Virus record (IMG/VR): IMGVR_UViG_3300010885_044417
Source: an uncultured virus (IMG/VR IMGVR_UViG_3300010885_044417)
Taxonomy: Duplodnaviria; Heunggongvirae; Uroviricota; Caudoviricetes
Length of the DNA: 64,000 nucleotides
Direction: 5' to 3' (one strand)
This document shows, piece after piece, positions 36,264-46,357 of the stretch; position 1 is the stretch's first letter; every line of letters begins with the position of its first letter. A program made the position numbers and the translations under genes. The notes under the pieces were generated by a model that was not told the DNA's origin, did not search any database, and was given only the letters and a program-made list of their open reading frames with translations.

Positions 36264-36665
36264 ATGAAGAAAACCATCGACCTTGGCAAGAAGTACGACG
36301 ACCTTGAACCGGCTGTCGCTGAGTCTGAAGACTCTAAAGAGCCAACCGTTCACTATCCCTCGCTGTATCTCTCTGATCGCCCGGAGCTTGCGGGGCTTCC
36401 TGATGATGGCACGGCGACGATCAAGTTTCACGTGGTTTCTCGCGCGACCAACGAAGTCGACGGAGAAAAAACCATTTCAGTGGAGCTTGAGATTCACTCT
36501 ATCACCGCGGATACTGAGGCTACCGCAGCTAGCGAAGATGAGTCTCTCGACGAGATTGAAAAAGGCCTCCGCGACGCTGAAGAATCTGAGACTCCCGAAG
36601 AGGAAGCCGCTGAGACTCCCGAAGAGGAAGCTAGCGAAGATGAAACCCCCAAAAAGAAAAAGTAA
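36264..36665 (+). CDS. Acidic hypothetical protein
   Basis: 133 aa; ETPEEEA repeat. Confidence 0.7.
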   Translation: MKKTIDLGKKYDDLEPAVAESEDSKEPTVHYPSLYLSDRPELAGLPDDGTATIKFHVVSRATNEVDGEKTISVELEIHSITADTEATAASEDESLDEIEKGLRDAEESETPEEEAAETPEEEASEDETPKKKK

Positions 36666-36667
36666 CC

Positions 36668-36919
36668 ATGGACGACCAACTTCCTCCTGACGCCGAAGCT
36701 GATGTGACGCTCACGCTGCCTCGCGCGACTTTTAATATGGTCAAAGAATTTATTCTTGCCATGGGACAAGCCGTTAAAGCGGCAGACGCGCACGTTTCGG
36801 CTCTTGAAAAAAGTGCTAAAGCCGGAGCCGCAATTCAACAAGCCGTAACTCCCCAAGATGACCTTGGTGGATTTGCGCAAGAGCTCACCGCAGCATCTAA
36901 TCGAGGCCTAGGAATGTAG
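36668..36919 (+). CDS. Hypothetical protein
   Basis: 83 aa, tiles with neighbours. Confidence 0.65.
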   Translation: MDDQLPPDAEADVTLTLPRATFNMVKEFILAMGQAVKAADAHVSALEKSAKAGAAIQQAVTPQDDLGGFAQELTAASNRGLGM

Positions 36920-36920
36920 T

Positions 36921-39900
36921 ATGTTTGTCTCCGAGATCATTGACGAAGTCATTGAGGTCTTGGGGAGATGCGATCGAACCAAGGCGCTTAAGCGCCTTAG
37001 TTCAGCGGTTCAGGCTCTCCAAGATGAAGGTGACTGGAAAGCTAATATCGGCGCGTTAGACATTAGGACTTTTCCTGATGGCGGAACGCTAACCCTCCCT
37101 CGCGACGTCGAAGTTCCGCTAGCCGTCACGACTAATGGCGTTCCTGTGTTTATGCGGGACGAGTTTTATCGCTACCACCTAAACGGCGAGGGGCTCAACG
37201 ACGAGGCTACTCTAGAATGGGCTTGGGATGATCAAGGCATGGTCCCGGCTTTCATGGATATCGTGACCCCCGGTCCTCTAGTTGCATATTGTGACTTGAA
37301 GTCTGACGCGGATAAGCGGGTTCGCGTACTGGGATTTGATTCTGCAGGCAGGCCCCTGCGCCAGCAGCTAGAGGATGGCAGCTGGGTCGAAGGCATCTTC
37401 GTCCCTGCGCAATACGCGTCAGGCTTACCGCAAGTAGCTCCAAATTCTACGTATTTTCGCCGGATTTTTACTACTACGCCGATGATTTATTTTAAGTCGT
37501 CTTTGGCGCACGGCCTAGTCACCGGAGCGGCTATGTCAGCCTCTTCAAACACTGGAGATTTCCCGCAGCCATTTAAGAATGGAACTTCTTACTATGTTCG
37601 AGTTGTAGATGAAAACACGGTGCAGTTCCACGAGACACGACTGTCTTCGCAAACGGCACAAGCTCCAGTTGCGGTTACTTCAATGAGCCAGGCCAGTAGC
37701 CTTCTCTTTACCGACAAAAGAACTGTATCTGCCAGAACACAATTTCAAACACCGCTATCGACAACCCTTACGGATAGCGACTACGTAGCATTCTTTGGCA
37801 CGACTGTCCCAGCAGCTCTAGTTGCTAATCAAGTCTATCCGATTCGCGTAAACGGCGTCGATAAGTTTGTGGCGTATCCTACTGAAGATGACGCCACAAA
37901 TTTAACAAACCCGATCGACGTTGCCGATTCTGGGCAAGGCTTAACAGTCCGGGCGCTCAAAAAATCTAACCCCGTCACGACGTTAAATTTCCCGAGCGCG
38001 CATAACATGCAGACCGGAGAAGCCGTGACAATCGAGAACGTCGGCGGAACTTTACCGACCCCGCTTCTTTCTGGAATTACGTACTATGTACGCAAGCTGA
38101 CTGACTTAAGTTTGACGCTGCACACGACCTCAGCTGATGCGAACGATGCAAACGGCACGCCAATCACGCTGACTTCGCCGGGTTCAGGAACAAATTCAAT
38201 CGTAAAAATTATTCCGGCCACGGCTTCTATCGGCGATTCGCAAAACGTTACTACAACCATTGCGCACAATTTGTCGCAGCCTAGCGGCAGCGGAGCTTCG
38301 GCATCCGCGCAGCTTTCTGGTGGCGGCGGAGCTACCGCCACGGCTTCTGTGGCCAGCGGCGGAGTCAGCGCCATCACGGTAAACGATGCCGGTAGCGGCT
38401 ATGTCACAGCGCCGCTTGTTCAAATTTCCGGTGGAGCCGGTGTTGGAGCTACTGCCCAGGCGGTGCTAAACGGCGGCGCTGTCACGGCTATCACAATTGT
38501 TACAGCCGGAACTGGGTACACGTCTGCGCCAAAAGTAACAATCATTGCTGTAGGTGGATCCGGAGCATTGACAAGTATCAATCTCCTTGACGGAGGAAAC
38601 GACTACGCAAGTCCCCCAATCATTAAAATTACCGGCGGCGGAGGCAGCGGCGCCACGGCTAAAGCTACCGTCTCAGGCGGTTCCGTCACAGCAATCGACA
38701 TTGTGACCGGCGGAACTGGGTATACCTCAGCACCCACGATCCAAATAATTCCATCTGGCGGAAGCCTAGTCCGGTTTACTAGCAGCGGAACGCTTCCCGC
38801 GCCGTTAAGCAACTTGACCGTGTATCGCGTTGAAAGCCCGATGACTGCAAACACGTTTTCAATTTACACGACCGAGCCAAAGCCCGTAGTTCTTACATCG
38901 ACCGGCTCTGGGTCGCTGTTTGTAGTTGTCAGTCGATCTTTTTCAATTGGATTTTTGCCGCAGTGGCGGCTTGAGGCTTCCGGGTTTAAGACTGGCGATG
39001 CTGTTAGGCTTTTTTCCGAAGCCGCGCTGCCGATTACGTCACCGCAAATTGACGCGACTAGCATTTATTACCTTAGGAAAATAGATAACAAAACCGTCGA
39101 GCTGTACCCGACAGTTGCGCTAGCCGCGAATAACTCGGTGACTACGGGCCGTATTTCTACGATCTCAACTACGATGGGCCAGAATTATTTTTCAACGCAG
39201 CAGAGCGTTGCCGTTATTCCTAGAGACTCGTATCTGGATGTTGACAGCACGGGATACTTAGCAAACTTGTGCGAAGTTAAGTTTTCAAGTACCGGGACTT
39301 TGCCGCAGCCCTTGATTGCTAATACCGCGTACAAAGTTACTCCCGTTGAAGGCAAGCTTGAAGTTTACAACACCAGCGGTTTCCGCGTAGCTATAACTGG
39401 TATTGGAGCTGGAACCCACTCCATGCTGATTTCTAGAATACTATCACCGCAGCCCGCGACCACGCTAGACGTGCCGGCTCAGTCATTTTCAGCTGGAGAC
39501 AAAGTCACGCTTGAGACTACGGGAACTCTGCCAAACTTTGCGTCTACTAGCGCTGAATACTTTGTCCGTCCTATCGGCATAGACACGATTGAGTTGTATG
39601 TCTCAGCCGCGCTAGCTCAAAATACAAGCTCAAACAGCGGACGAACAGCGTTTTATTCCGTGGGTAGCGGTACGCATCGCTTAACAGAACTTGTTGATCC
39701 CCCGATAGTCGCCGCGGTTACTAAAATTGAAAAACCCATGTCTGACGGCTACGTTAGGCTTTTTGCTTGGGATACAGCTAGAGATAACTCGATTACGCTA
39801 TTGGGCGACCTGCACCCTACTGAAACGCAGCCCGCATACCGCAGAATAAAAATTTCGGCTAAGTCGACCTGGGTTCGAATGAAGTATCGTCGCAAGCATA

Positions 39901-40133
39901 TTGAGTTGTCTAGCGAGCGCGACTTTATTAACTTAGACTCCAAGATGGCAATTCTTTCAATGGTCCAGTCGCAAGAACTACTCCTTCGAAAATTTGCCGA
40001 CGAATCTGAGCGCTATAGGATTTTTGCGATTGAGTACTTAAACAAGCGAAATCGAGCCCTTGACGGTCCTAGGACTATGCTCATGCAGATCAATGCAGAT
40101 GTGATGAGCAATCCTACTGACTGGATGGACTAG
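36921..40133 (+). CDS. Head-tail adaptor/tail tubular protein A-like with inserted repeat domains
   Basis: Helical N- and C-terminal blocks flank repeated LPxPLxxxxxYYVR beta modules and GGGGxGAxAxAxVxGGxVTAI..GxGYxSAP repeats. Confidence 0.6.
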   Translation: MFVSEIIDEVIEVLGRCDRTKALKRLSSAVQALQDEGDWKANIGALDIRTFPDGGTLTLPRDVEVPLAVTTNGVPVFMRDEFYRYHLNGEGLNDEATLEWAWDDQGMVPAFMDIVTPGPLVAYCDLKSDADKRVRVLGFDSAGRPLRQQLEDGSWVEGIFVPAQYASGLPQVAPNSTYFRRIFTTTPMIYFKSSLAHGLVTGAAMSASSNTGDFPQPFKNGTSYYVRVVDENTVQFHETRLSSQTAQAPVAVTSMSQASSLLFTDKRTVSARTQFQTPLSTTLTDSDYVAFFGTTVPAALVANQVYPIRVNGVDKFVAYPTEDDATNLTNPIDVADSGQGLTVRALKKSNPVTTLNFPSAHNMQTGEAVTIENVGGTLPTPLLSGITYYVRKLTDLSLTLHTTSADANDANGTPITLTSPGSGTNSIVKIIPATASIGDSQNVTTTIAHNLSQPSGSGASASAQLSGGGGATATASVASGGVSAITVNDAGSGYVTAPLVQISGGAGVGATAQAVLNGGAVTAITIVTAGTGYTSAPKVTIIAVGGSGALTSINLLDGGNDYASPPIIKITGGGGSGATAKATVSGGSVTAIDIVTGGTGYTSAPTIQIIPSGGSLVRFTSSGTLPAPLSNLTVYRVESPMTANTFSIYTTEPKPVVLTSTGSGSLFVVVSRSFSIGFLPQWRLEASGFKTGDAVRLFSEAALPITSPQIDATSIYYLRKIDNKTVELYPTVALAANNSVTTGRISTISTTMGQNYFSTQQSVAVIPRDSYLDVDSTGYLANLCEVKFSSTGTLPQPLIANTAYKVTPVEGKLEVYNTSGFRVAITGIGAGTHSMLISRILSPQPATTLDVPAQSFSAGDKVTLETTGTLPNFASTSAEYFVRPIGIDTIELYVSAALAQNTSSNSGRTAFYSVGSGTHRLTELVDPPIVAAVTKIEKPMSDGYVRLFAWDTARDNSITLLGDLHPTETQPAYRRIKISAKSTWVRMKYRRKHIELSSERDFINLDSKMAILSMVQSQELLLRKFADESERYRIFAIEYLNKRNRALDGPRTMLMQINADVMSNPTDWMD

Positions 40134-40140
40134 CACTGAC

Positions 40141-43100
40141 ATGCAGTCACCAAAAATCACAGCTGGCCGGATGGTGAATGTCGACGCCGGATGGACGTCG
40201 GGAATGAATACTCTTCGGCACCCGTGGCTTCTTCGCGCGGACCAGTATCGGCGCGCTGTGAATGTAAGTAACCGCGGCGGCGTGGCCCAAACGCGTCCTG
40301 GGTTTGCAATGCGTTTAATTTTGCCTGAAGGAAATCTTCAAGGATTCACGCATTTTAGGATGACCAAGAATGATTCTTGGGTCGAATACTTGGTAGCTGC
40401 AGTCGATGGCAAAGTCTACGCCGTGCCGGACCCATTTAATCAGCCTCGTAATTGGGAAGATTTTAGGATAAAGAACATTCAGTTTAGCTCGGATGCCCCG
40501 ATGGTTCACTTTTGCCAGGCTGAAAAAACCGTGGAGACGCTTAGCGACCAGACGCTTAAGATTGTTCCGACATACAACATCTTGGTTATGCAAGATGGAT
40601 CCAGCGCTGCAGCTTTTTGGGACGGGACGGAAAGCCGTCACTTAGACGAGTCTGCGCCTTCGCTAGAAACCCCGCGCGGTTCCTGGATGACTTTTTCTGG
40701 TGGTCGTCTATGGGTTGCTCGCGAAAAGATCGTTTTGGCTTCTGACTTGCTTGACCCGCTAAAATTTATTGAAAGAACTCAAGGCGAAAGTCGAGGAGAT
40801 TTTTCATTCCCAAAGCTTATCACGGGGCTAACTAGCTTTGTTGGGTCTAAGCGCACGGAAGTCGTGACAGTTTTTACTGAAGACCGCAGCGAAATTCTAG
40901 AATCCGGAGTCCGAGATCGCGCTAAGTGGGCAAGCACTGACTCGTTCCAGTCAGTTTTGTTTCCGAGTACCGGATGCGTAGCCGGAAGAAGCATTATCTT
41001 TCAATCCGGGCTCATGTGGTGGTACAGCGCCGGAGGCCTGGTCGCGTCGGATACCGCGGCTTCAACAAACCTCACTAGCCAGATGAATTTTAAGGATGCC
41101 GAAATGGCGTTCTCAAAACAATTTCTAGCGGCAGACCAGTCTGGAATTTGCGGCCTCAGCTTTGAAAACTTTATCCTGGTCTCGGCGCCTATTGGGCAAA
41201 ACCTAAACTCTGAGACATTTGTGCTGGACTACGCAACCATGAGCGAAGCCTCGGCGGATAAAATCCCAGCGTGGGCCGGAGTCTGGACAGGGATTCGCCC
41301 GGTTCAATGGGTTTCCGCGACTATCGGAAAACGTCGCAGAGCTTTTGCTGCTTCGATAGACTACACGACCCTTTCTGATGGAAGCCATAACCATATCTGG
41401 GAAGCTTTTATGCCAGAAAGAGAAGACTCATTCTTTGAGCTCTACAGCGACTACACGACCGTTGAATACCGTCGCCCTATCTATTGCGAGTTTGAAACCC
41501 GCTTAATCGGCGACGGGCACGACCTAAAACAGTTTGTCTATGCGGATCTAAATCTTATTGAAATAGGGGGTGACGTATCCGTTAAGTGCGACTATCGGGG
41601 AATGCGCGGCACCTACAAGAACATCCTCTGCAAGCAGCTAATAGCTCCGTCAGATATTGAAAACACCGGGGCAAAAATCAGCCCCGATGAACTTACGGAG
41701 CTTAGCGCGCTAAAAAAACAATCCCGTAGGCTAGCCACGCAAACGGCGCAAGTTCCAATTTCTGCGATAGCTTGCGAAAATGAACACGCCGAAAACATCG
41801 ATAAAGCTTTTAGTTTGCTGATTCGCTGGTGCGGCCAGCTGGCCGTAGAGTCAATTCGTATTTTCAGTGAGCCCTACGCCGAAAAATCTGAAGGACGCTG
41901 CGACTCCGATGAAACTAGTGTTTGCATGGTCGACGAATCTGGCGCTAACCACGTCTACGATCGCCAAGACGGCTACCTGTCTTCAGAAGAGCTCTATTTA
42001 GCGGCCAAGCAAGCTTTGTGGGCATCTACCCAGACGTATGCCGAAACTTTGCTTTGCTCGAGCGACTCAGTTACTGGGCCTATCACGGTGACGGCAATTT
42101 CTACGTATCGCTCGCAAATTTCCCAAGAAGACGCGGACGCTAAAGCTTTGCTAGCCGCGCAGCAGGCCGCGCAAAGTCAAGCTGCCGCGCTTCGCCCGCA
42201 GTATCCTTGCTACTGGGATAGCGTAAAGTTCATAACTAGAAATTGCTTCCGCACCGTTAACGGCCGGGTATTGGCTGTTGCTCGGGGTGCTCAAGATAGA
42301 TTATTTTTGGGCGGAGATTTTTGGCTGGATAACCAGACTGCTTACGGAAAAATTGAAGGCCGCACGACCAGCGGAATCTTGCTAAGCTCGTTTGCTGTGG
42401 CAAATGGCTTTGTAGCTAATGTTTCTGCTGAGCCTAGCTCTATCCAAGTCAATACGCTCGCCGTAAAACCAAGCAATGGCGCAGTCGTTGTGACTGGGGA
42501 GTTTACTCAGTACAACGGAACTACGGCCAACCGGATTGCCGTCTTAAATTCTACAGGCGACATCAACACGGTAATAAATTCAGCTTTTGGGTCAGGCACG
42601 AATATTGCGCCTAGCTGCGCGCTTTTACTTCCTGATGAAAGTATTATCCTAGGCTGGGCTTCAGCTGGAGCTACGTTCAACGGAACGGCTGTTTCAAACT
42701 TAGCAATCAAGCTATCGCCTTCCGGCGCAGTTGATTCGGCTTTCTCGCTTGCGTTTGCCGCCGCAGGGACCCTGTCAAAAATCTTTTCAATACAACCATC
42801 GAGAATAGACTCATCTTTCTTAGTCGCCGGAATTAACGCAACCGGCTATCCTAGAGTGTACAAAGTTACTAGTACTGGTGCGGTAGACACAGCGTTTAGT
42901 CCTTACCAGCCAACAGATGCGTCTGCGCTAAACGCCGCAAGCGTGTCTATGGCTGTTCTTTCTACGGGCCATGCGATTGTCTCGGCTACTGGAATTGACG
43001 GCTCGCGAAGCTTAGTCAAATTACTTCCTGCTGGAGGCCCGGATACTACGTTTAGAACTAACATTGGGTCTGGATTAAGTTCCCCGGCTAAAGCCATTGT

Positions 43101-43491
43101 AGTAAATGCGGCTGACCAAATTTTCTTAGCCGGCGGATTCATAACTATCAGTGGAGCTACGGCGCCTAGGATTGCAAAATTATCCTCGGCTGGCATTCGC
43201 GACACAAACTTTAATCCCGGCTCCGGATTTGATGGATTTGTCCAAACTATGGTAGTCGACGAATCCGGGACTACGCCCGGAATTTACGTTGGCGGAAACT
43301 TTTCCTCGTACGCAAGCAATCCTACCGCAGCCAAGTTCTGCAAAATTTCTTTTGATGGAACTTACTTGCCGGCTTTTTCTTCTACGTACGTTGGCGGATC
43401 ATCCCGTAGCATTATTAGCCAAGAAGCTGCGGACGCTGAAGCCACAGCTAATGCCCAAGCCCGGGCTGCTCAAATTCTACCCTGCACCTAA
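40141..43491 (+). CDS. Tail nozzle/tubular protein B-like with a C-terminal delta-60-repeat propeller
   Basis: Beta-rich N-terminal ~600 aa (GRLWVA..ASD); IAxLxxxGxxDTxF repeats; two SxISQExADAxA motifs. Confidence 0.65.
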   Translation: MQSPKITAGRMVNVDAGWTSGMNTLRHPWLLRADQYRRAVNVSNRGGVAQTRPGFAMRLILPEGNLQGFTHFRMTKNDSWVEYLVAAVDGKVYAVPDPFNQPRNWEDFRIKNIQFSSDAPMVHFCQAEKTVETLSDQTLKIVPTYNILVMQDGSSAAAFWDGTESRHLDESAPSLETPRGSWMTFSGGRLWVAREKIVLASDLLDPLKFIERTQGESRGDFSFPKLITGLTSFVGSKRTEVVTVFTEDRSEILESGVRDRAKWASTDSFQSVLFPSTGCVAGRSIIFQSGLMWWYSAGGLVASDTAASTNLTSQMNFKDAEMAFSKQFLAADQSGICGLSFENFILVSAPIGQNLNSETFVLDYATMSEASADKIPAWAGVWTGIRPVQWVSATIGKRRRAFAASIDYTTLSDGSHNHIWEAFMPEREDSFFELYSDYTTVEYRRPIYCEFETRLIGDGHDLKQFVYADLNLIEIGGDVSVKCDYRGMRGTYKNILCKQLIAPSDIENTGAKISPDELTELSALKKQSRRLATQTAQVPISAIACENEHAENIDKAFSLLIRWCGQLAVESIRIFSEPYAEKSEGRCDSDETSVCMVDESGANHVYDRQDGYLSSEELYLAAKQALWASTQTYAETLLCSSDSVTGPITVTAISTYRSQISQEDADAKALLAAQQAAQSQAAALRPQYPCYWDSVKFITRNCFRTVNGRVLAVARGAQDRLFLGGDFWLDNQTAYGKIEGRTTSGILLSSFAVANGFVANVSAEPSSIQVNTLAVKPSNGAVVVTGEFTQYNGTTANRIAVLNSTGDINTVINSAFGSGTNIAPSCALLLPDESIILGWASAGATFNGTAVSNLAIKLSPSGAVDSAFSLAFAAAGTLSKIFSIQPSRIDSSFLVAGINATGYPRVYKVTSTGAVDTAFSPYQPTDASALNAASVSMAVLSTGHAIVSATGIDGSRSLVKLLPAGGPDTTFRTNIGSGLSSPAKAIVVNAADQIFLAGGFITISGATAPRIAKLSSAGIRDTNFNPGSGFDGFVQTMVVDESGTTPGIYVGGNFSSYASNPTAAKFCKISFDGTYLPAFSSTYVGGSSRSIISQEAADAEATANAQARAAQILPCT

Positions 43492-43493
43492 CC

Positions 43494-44027
43494 ATGCCGC
43501 GCGCCGACTCTGTCGAAATTTTTACGGCATCTCCGCCAAATGCGTTTGTCAGTCCATTTACGGACCGGCCTCCAGTAGCTTTTTATTCTTCGATTGTAAT
43601 TCCAGGGACGGATAAAGGGGACTGCTTGCCTTGCGCAATCACGGCATTAAGCCGACTGCAACTTCAGTCTTTTGTTACTGAACTTGGCGGAGCCATGCAA
43701 AGGCTTCCGCTGCCTTCTTTAACGCTAAATGCAAATACGCCAGTAATTCCCGACCCTCCGTCCAACGCCGTAGATACTATTGAGGTGGACATGCTTATCG
43801 GCTTGGGTTCTCCGACGTTACTAAGACCCGCAACTTTTGCCCGCGTGGACGCTGAAGCCATTATCGGGACAGCGCTAAAACCTTTCTGGGTGCACAACGG
43901 CGGTGGAACAGTCGGTGGATTTACCGCGACCACGACAGACGGTTCTAACATTGCCATCTTCTGGGGAGATACAGCTGCGCCCACAACGGCTGCTTCAGGA
44001 GCCGCAAAATCTCATACTTACGCGTAA
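43494..44027 (+). CDS. Tail-associated hypothetical protein
   Basis: 177 aa within the tail module. Confidence 0.65.
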   Translation: MPRADSVEIFTASPPNAFVSPFTDRPPVAFYSSIVIPGTDKGDCLPCAITALSRLQLQSFVTELGGAMQRLPLPSLTLNANTPVIPDPPSNAVDTIEVDMLIGLGSPTLLRPATFARVDAEAIIGTALKPFWVHNGGGTVGGFTATTTDGSNIAIFWGDTAAPTTAASGAAKSHTYA

Positions 44028-44086
44028 GCTCCAAGCAAAAACACGTGTCCTATTTTATCCACCGCAATTAAGTTCAGCACCTAGTT

Positions 44087-45586
44087 ATGGCCGTCCTCAA
44101 TTTTGTTATCACCGATGCCGGAAAAGTAGCCGTGGCCCAAGCCGGGCAACTCGGCCCTGTAGTTTTGGAATCTATCGGACTCGGCACTGGCGCGTACGTG
44201 CCATCTTCTTTGCAACTAGCTTTGCAAAATGAAACTAAGCGACTAACGCCAGACGGCACGTCTAACCCGACGGCAGGAACGATCCATTTTACGCTATCCG
44301 ATGATTCTTCCGCTGCATACACGGTAAATGAAGTCGGCGTCTTTACGTCTACCGGTATTTTGTTTGCCGTGTATTCCCAGACGGATCCGATTGCCACCAA
44401 AAGTGCCGGATCCGTGTTACTGTTAGCCATTGACTTGGCTCTTACGGACATAGCTAATCCGACAAACGTCCAGGTCGGCGGAACTGGTTTTTCTTACGCG
44501 CAAGCTTCCGAATCCGTAAAGGGAGTCGGGTACATAGCTACGCAAACTGAAGTTGACGCAGGAATTTTAGACACTAAATTTGTTACCCCGAAGAAACTGT
44601 ACTCGCAGTCATTCATTAACAGATTCACGCTGCAGTCTAGAACTGACGCGCTAACTATCCCAACGGGAACTACCGCGCAGCGCCCGGCCGCTCCGACTGC
44701 CGGAATGATTCGGATGAATACTACTCTAGGAAATCCTGAGTGGTACGACATATCGCAAAGTTCTTGGACTCCCTTCAGCAAAACTTCGTACCCTATAGAC
44801 ATCTTCATCGTGGGCGGCGGAGGCGGCGGTGGAAATGCTATGGGCGGAGGCGGAGGCGCCGGCGGATTTTACTACGCGGCAAGCGCCGCGACGTTGTCTG
44901 CTCCTGGCACGTACACCGTGACTGTGGGCGCCGGTGGAGCCGGCGCTCCTAATAGGAACGTTCCCGGGACTAACGGTGGAAATAGCGGATTTTGGTCTTT
45001 TGACCGGGCAATTTACATGGAAATTGCTGGCGGTGGCGGCGGCGCCAGCTGGGGAGCCGCGGCTCAATCTGGAGGATCTGGCGGCGGAAGCGTCAATGCG
45101 CAGCCTATTGGATCCGGAACTGCTGGCCAAGGATACAATGGCGGCGGGCCTTCTCCATCAGGCATTGCAGGTTCTGGAGGCGGCGGAGCTGGAGCCGTTG
45201 GCACTATCGGGCCTTCTGGTCCTGGTGGCGTCGGATTATCTAATTCAATTAACGGAACCGCTACATTTTATGCTGGCGGCGGAGGCGGCGGCTGGAGCGC
45301 TGACTCAACTGTTTATGGTGCGCCTTCAAAAGGCGGCGCTGGCGGAACTGGCGGTGGTGGAAATGGCGGCCAAAGTGCTAATAACGGCACTGGCGGGGTT
45401 GCTAATACCGGCGGCGGAGGCGGCGGCGGTGGATACCGCGGAGCCGACTATGCAGGCGGTACAGGCGGTTCCGGCATTGTTATCCTCAGGTATCTCGGCG
45501 CTCGCCGCGGAACTGGCGGAACTATTACTTCGGTGGGCGGATACACTATCCACACATTCACAACTTCGGGATTCTACACCGCATAA
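44087..45586 (+). CDS. Tail fibre with tail-collar-type N-terminus and glycine-rich C-terminal domain
   Basis: VITDAG...LQNE...EVGVF; ASESVKG..ATQTEV..G..DTKFVTPKKL; GGGGGG runs; GGSGIVILRY...HTFTTSG. Confidence 0.8.
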   Translation: MAVLNFVITDAGKVAVAQAGQLGPVVLESIGLGTGAYVPSSLQLALQNETKRLTPDGTSNPTAGTIHFTLSDDSSAAYTVNEVGVFTSTGILFAVYSQTDPIATKSAGSVLLLAIDLALTDIANPTNVQVGGTGFSYAQASESVKGVGYIATQTEVDAGILDTKFVTPKKLYSQSFINRFTLQSRTDALTIPTGTTAQRPAAPTAGMIRMNTTLGNPEWYDISQSSWTPFSKTSYPIDIFIVGGGGGGGNAMGGGGGAGGFYYAASAATLSAPGTYTVTVGAGGAGAPNRNVPGTNGGNSGFWSFDRAIYMEIAGGGGGASWGAAAQSGGSGGGSVNAQPIGSGTAGQGYNGGGPSPSGIAGSGGGGAGAVGTIGPSGPGGVGLSNSINGTATFYAGGGGGGWSADSTVYGAPSKGGAGGTGGGGNGGQSANNGTGGVANTGGGGGGGGYRGADYAGGTGGSGIVILRYLGARRGTGGTITSVGGYTIHTFTTSGFYTA

Positions 45587-45589
45587 TCT

Positions 45590-45961
45590 ATGGCCCACTT
45601 TGCTAAAGTTCTTGACGGTAAAGTCACGCGAGTCATTCGCGCCGACGAGTCTTTCTTTGAAAAATTTGTAGACTTTTCACCGGGAAGCTGGGTCCAGACG
45701 TCCTACAATACGTACGGCGGAATTCATTACGGGCCTGACGGAAAACCGGATGGCGGGGTTGCGCTTAGAAAAAACTATGCCGGAATTGGATATTTGTACG
45801 ACGCAGCACGCGACGCCTTTATCCCTCCGCAGCCGTACACTTCTTGGACTTTAAACGAGGATACCTGCCTTTGGGATCCCCCGATTCCGTATCCTAGCGA
45901 CGGAAAACTTTACAACTGGGACGAGGAATCAAAGTCCTGGAAAGAAGCCGCCATTTCGTGA
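45590..45961 (+). CDS. Tail-fibre-associated small protein
   Basis: MAHFAK...QTSYN...RKNYAGIGY.YD..RDAFIPPQPY.SW, a family I recall beside Gly-rich fibres in aquatic phages. Confidence 0.75.
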   Translation: MAHFAKVLDGKVTRVIRADESFFEKFVDFSPGSWVQTSYNTYGGIHYGPDGKPDGGVALRKNYAGIGYLYDAARDAFIPPQPYTSWTLNEDTCLWDPPIPYPSDGKLYNWDEESKSWKEAAIS

Positions 45962-46344
45962 AAACCCAGTTCAAAGAAGTCGCGCAATTTACGCCGGAAT
46001 TTAAGTCTCTCCAGGATTTCGCTAGAACTTTTGACCACACTATCCACCCAATGCGGAATGGTAGAGTGTTTGCATTCCAGCGTGAAGGTAAAATTTTTGG
46101 CTACGCCGACGTGCTTTACATTCCCGTAGCATTCCCGGCTTTCCATCCTGAGCATACCGATGCCCGCAAAGTCGCCGAGGTTTTATCTGGTTGGAAAGCT
46201 AATTGTCAAATATCGAGCGGCGGAGACGGAATTATCGGCGTTCCTTTAGAGTCTGACAGGCAAACATTTCCTACGCAGATGATCGAGCACGCTGGTTTTA
46301 CCAGGCTGAAGAGAGAGATTTACGGCCTGACGCCGTTAGAGTAA
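45958..46344 (+). CDS. Hypothetical protein (possible degenerate GNAT-like fold)
   Basis: 128 aa preceding the ejection proteins; fold guess from position only. Confidence 0.5.
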   Translation: MKTQFKEVAQFTPEFKSLQDFARTFDHTIHPMRNGRVFAFQREGKIFGYADVLYIPVAFPAFHPEHTDARKVAEVLSGWKANCQISSGGDGIIGVPLESDRQTFPTQMIEHAGFTRLKREIYGLTPLE

Positions 46345-46357
46345 ACTGCCACGCATT

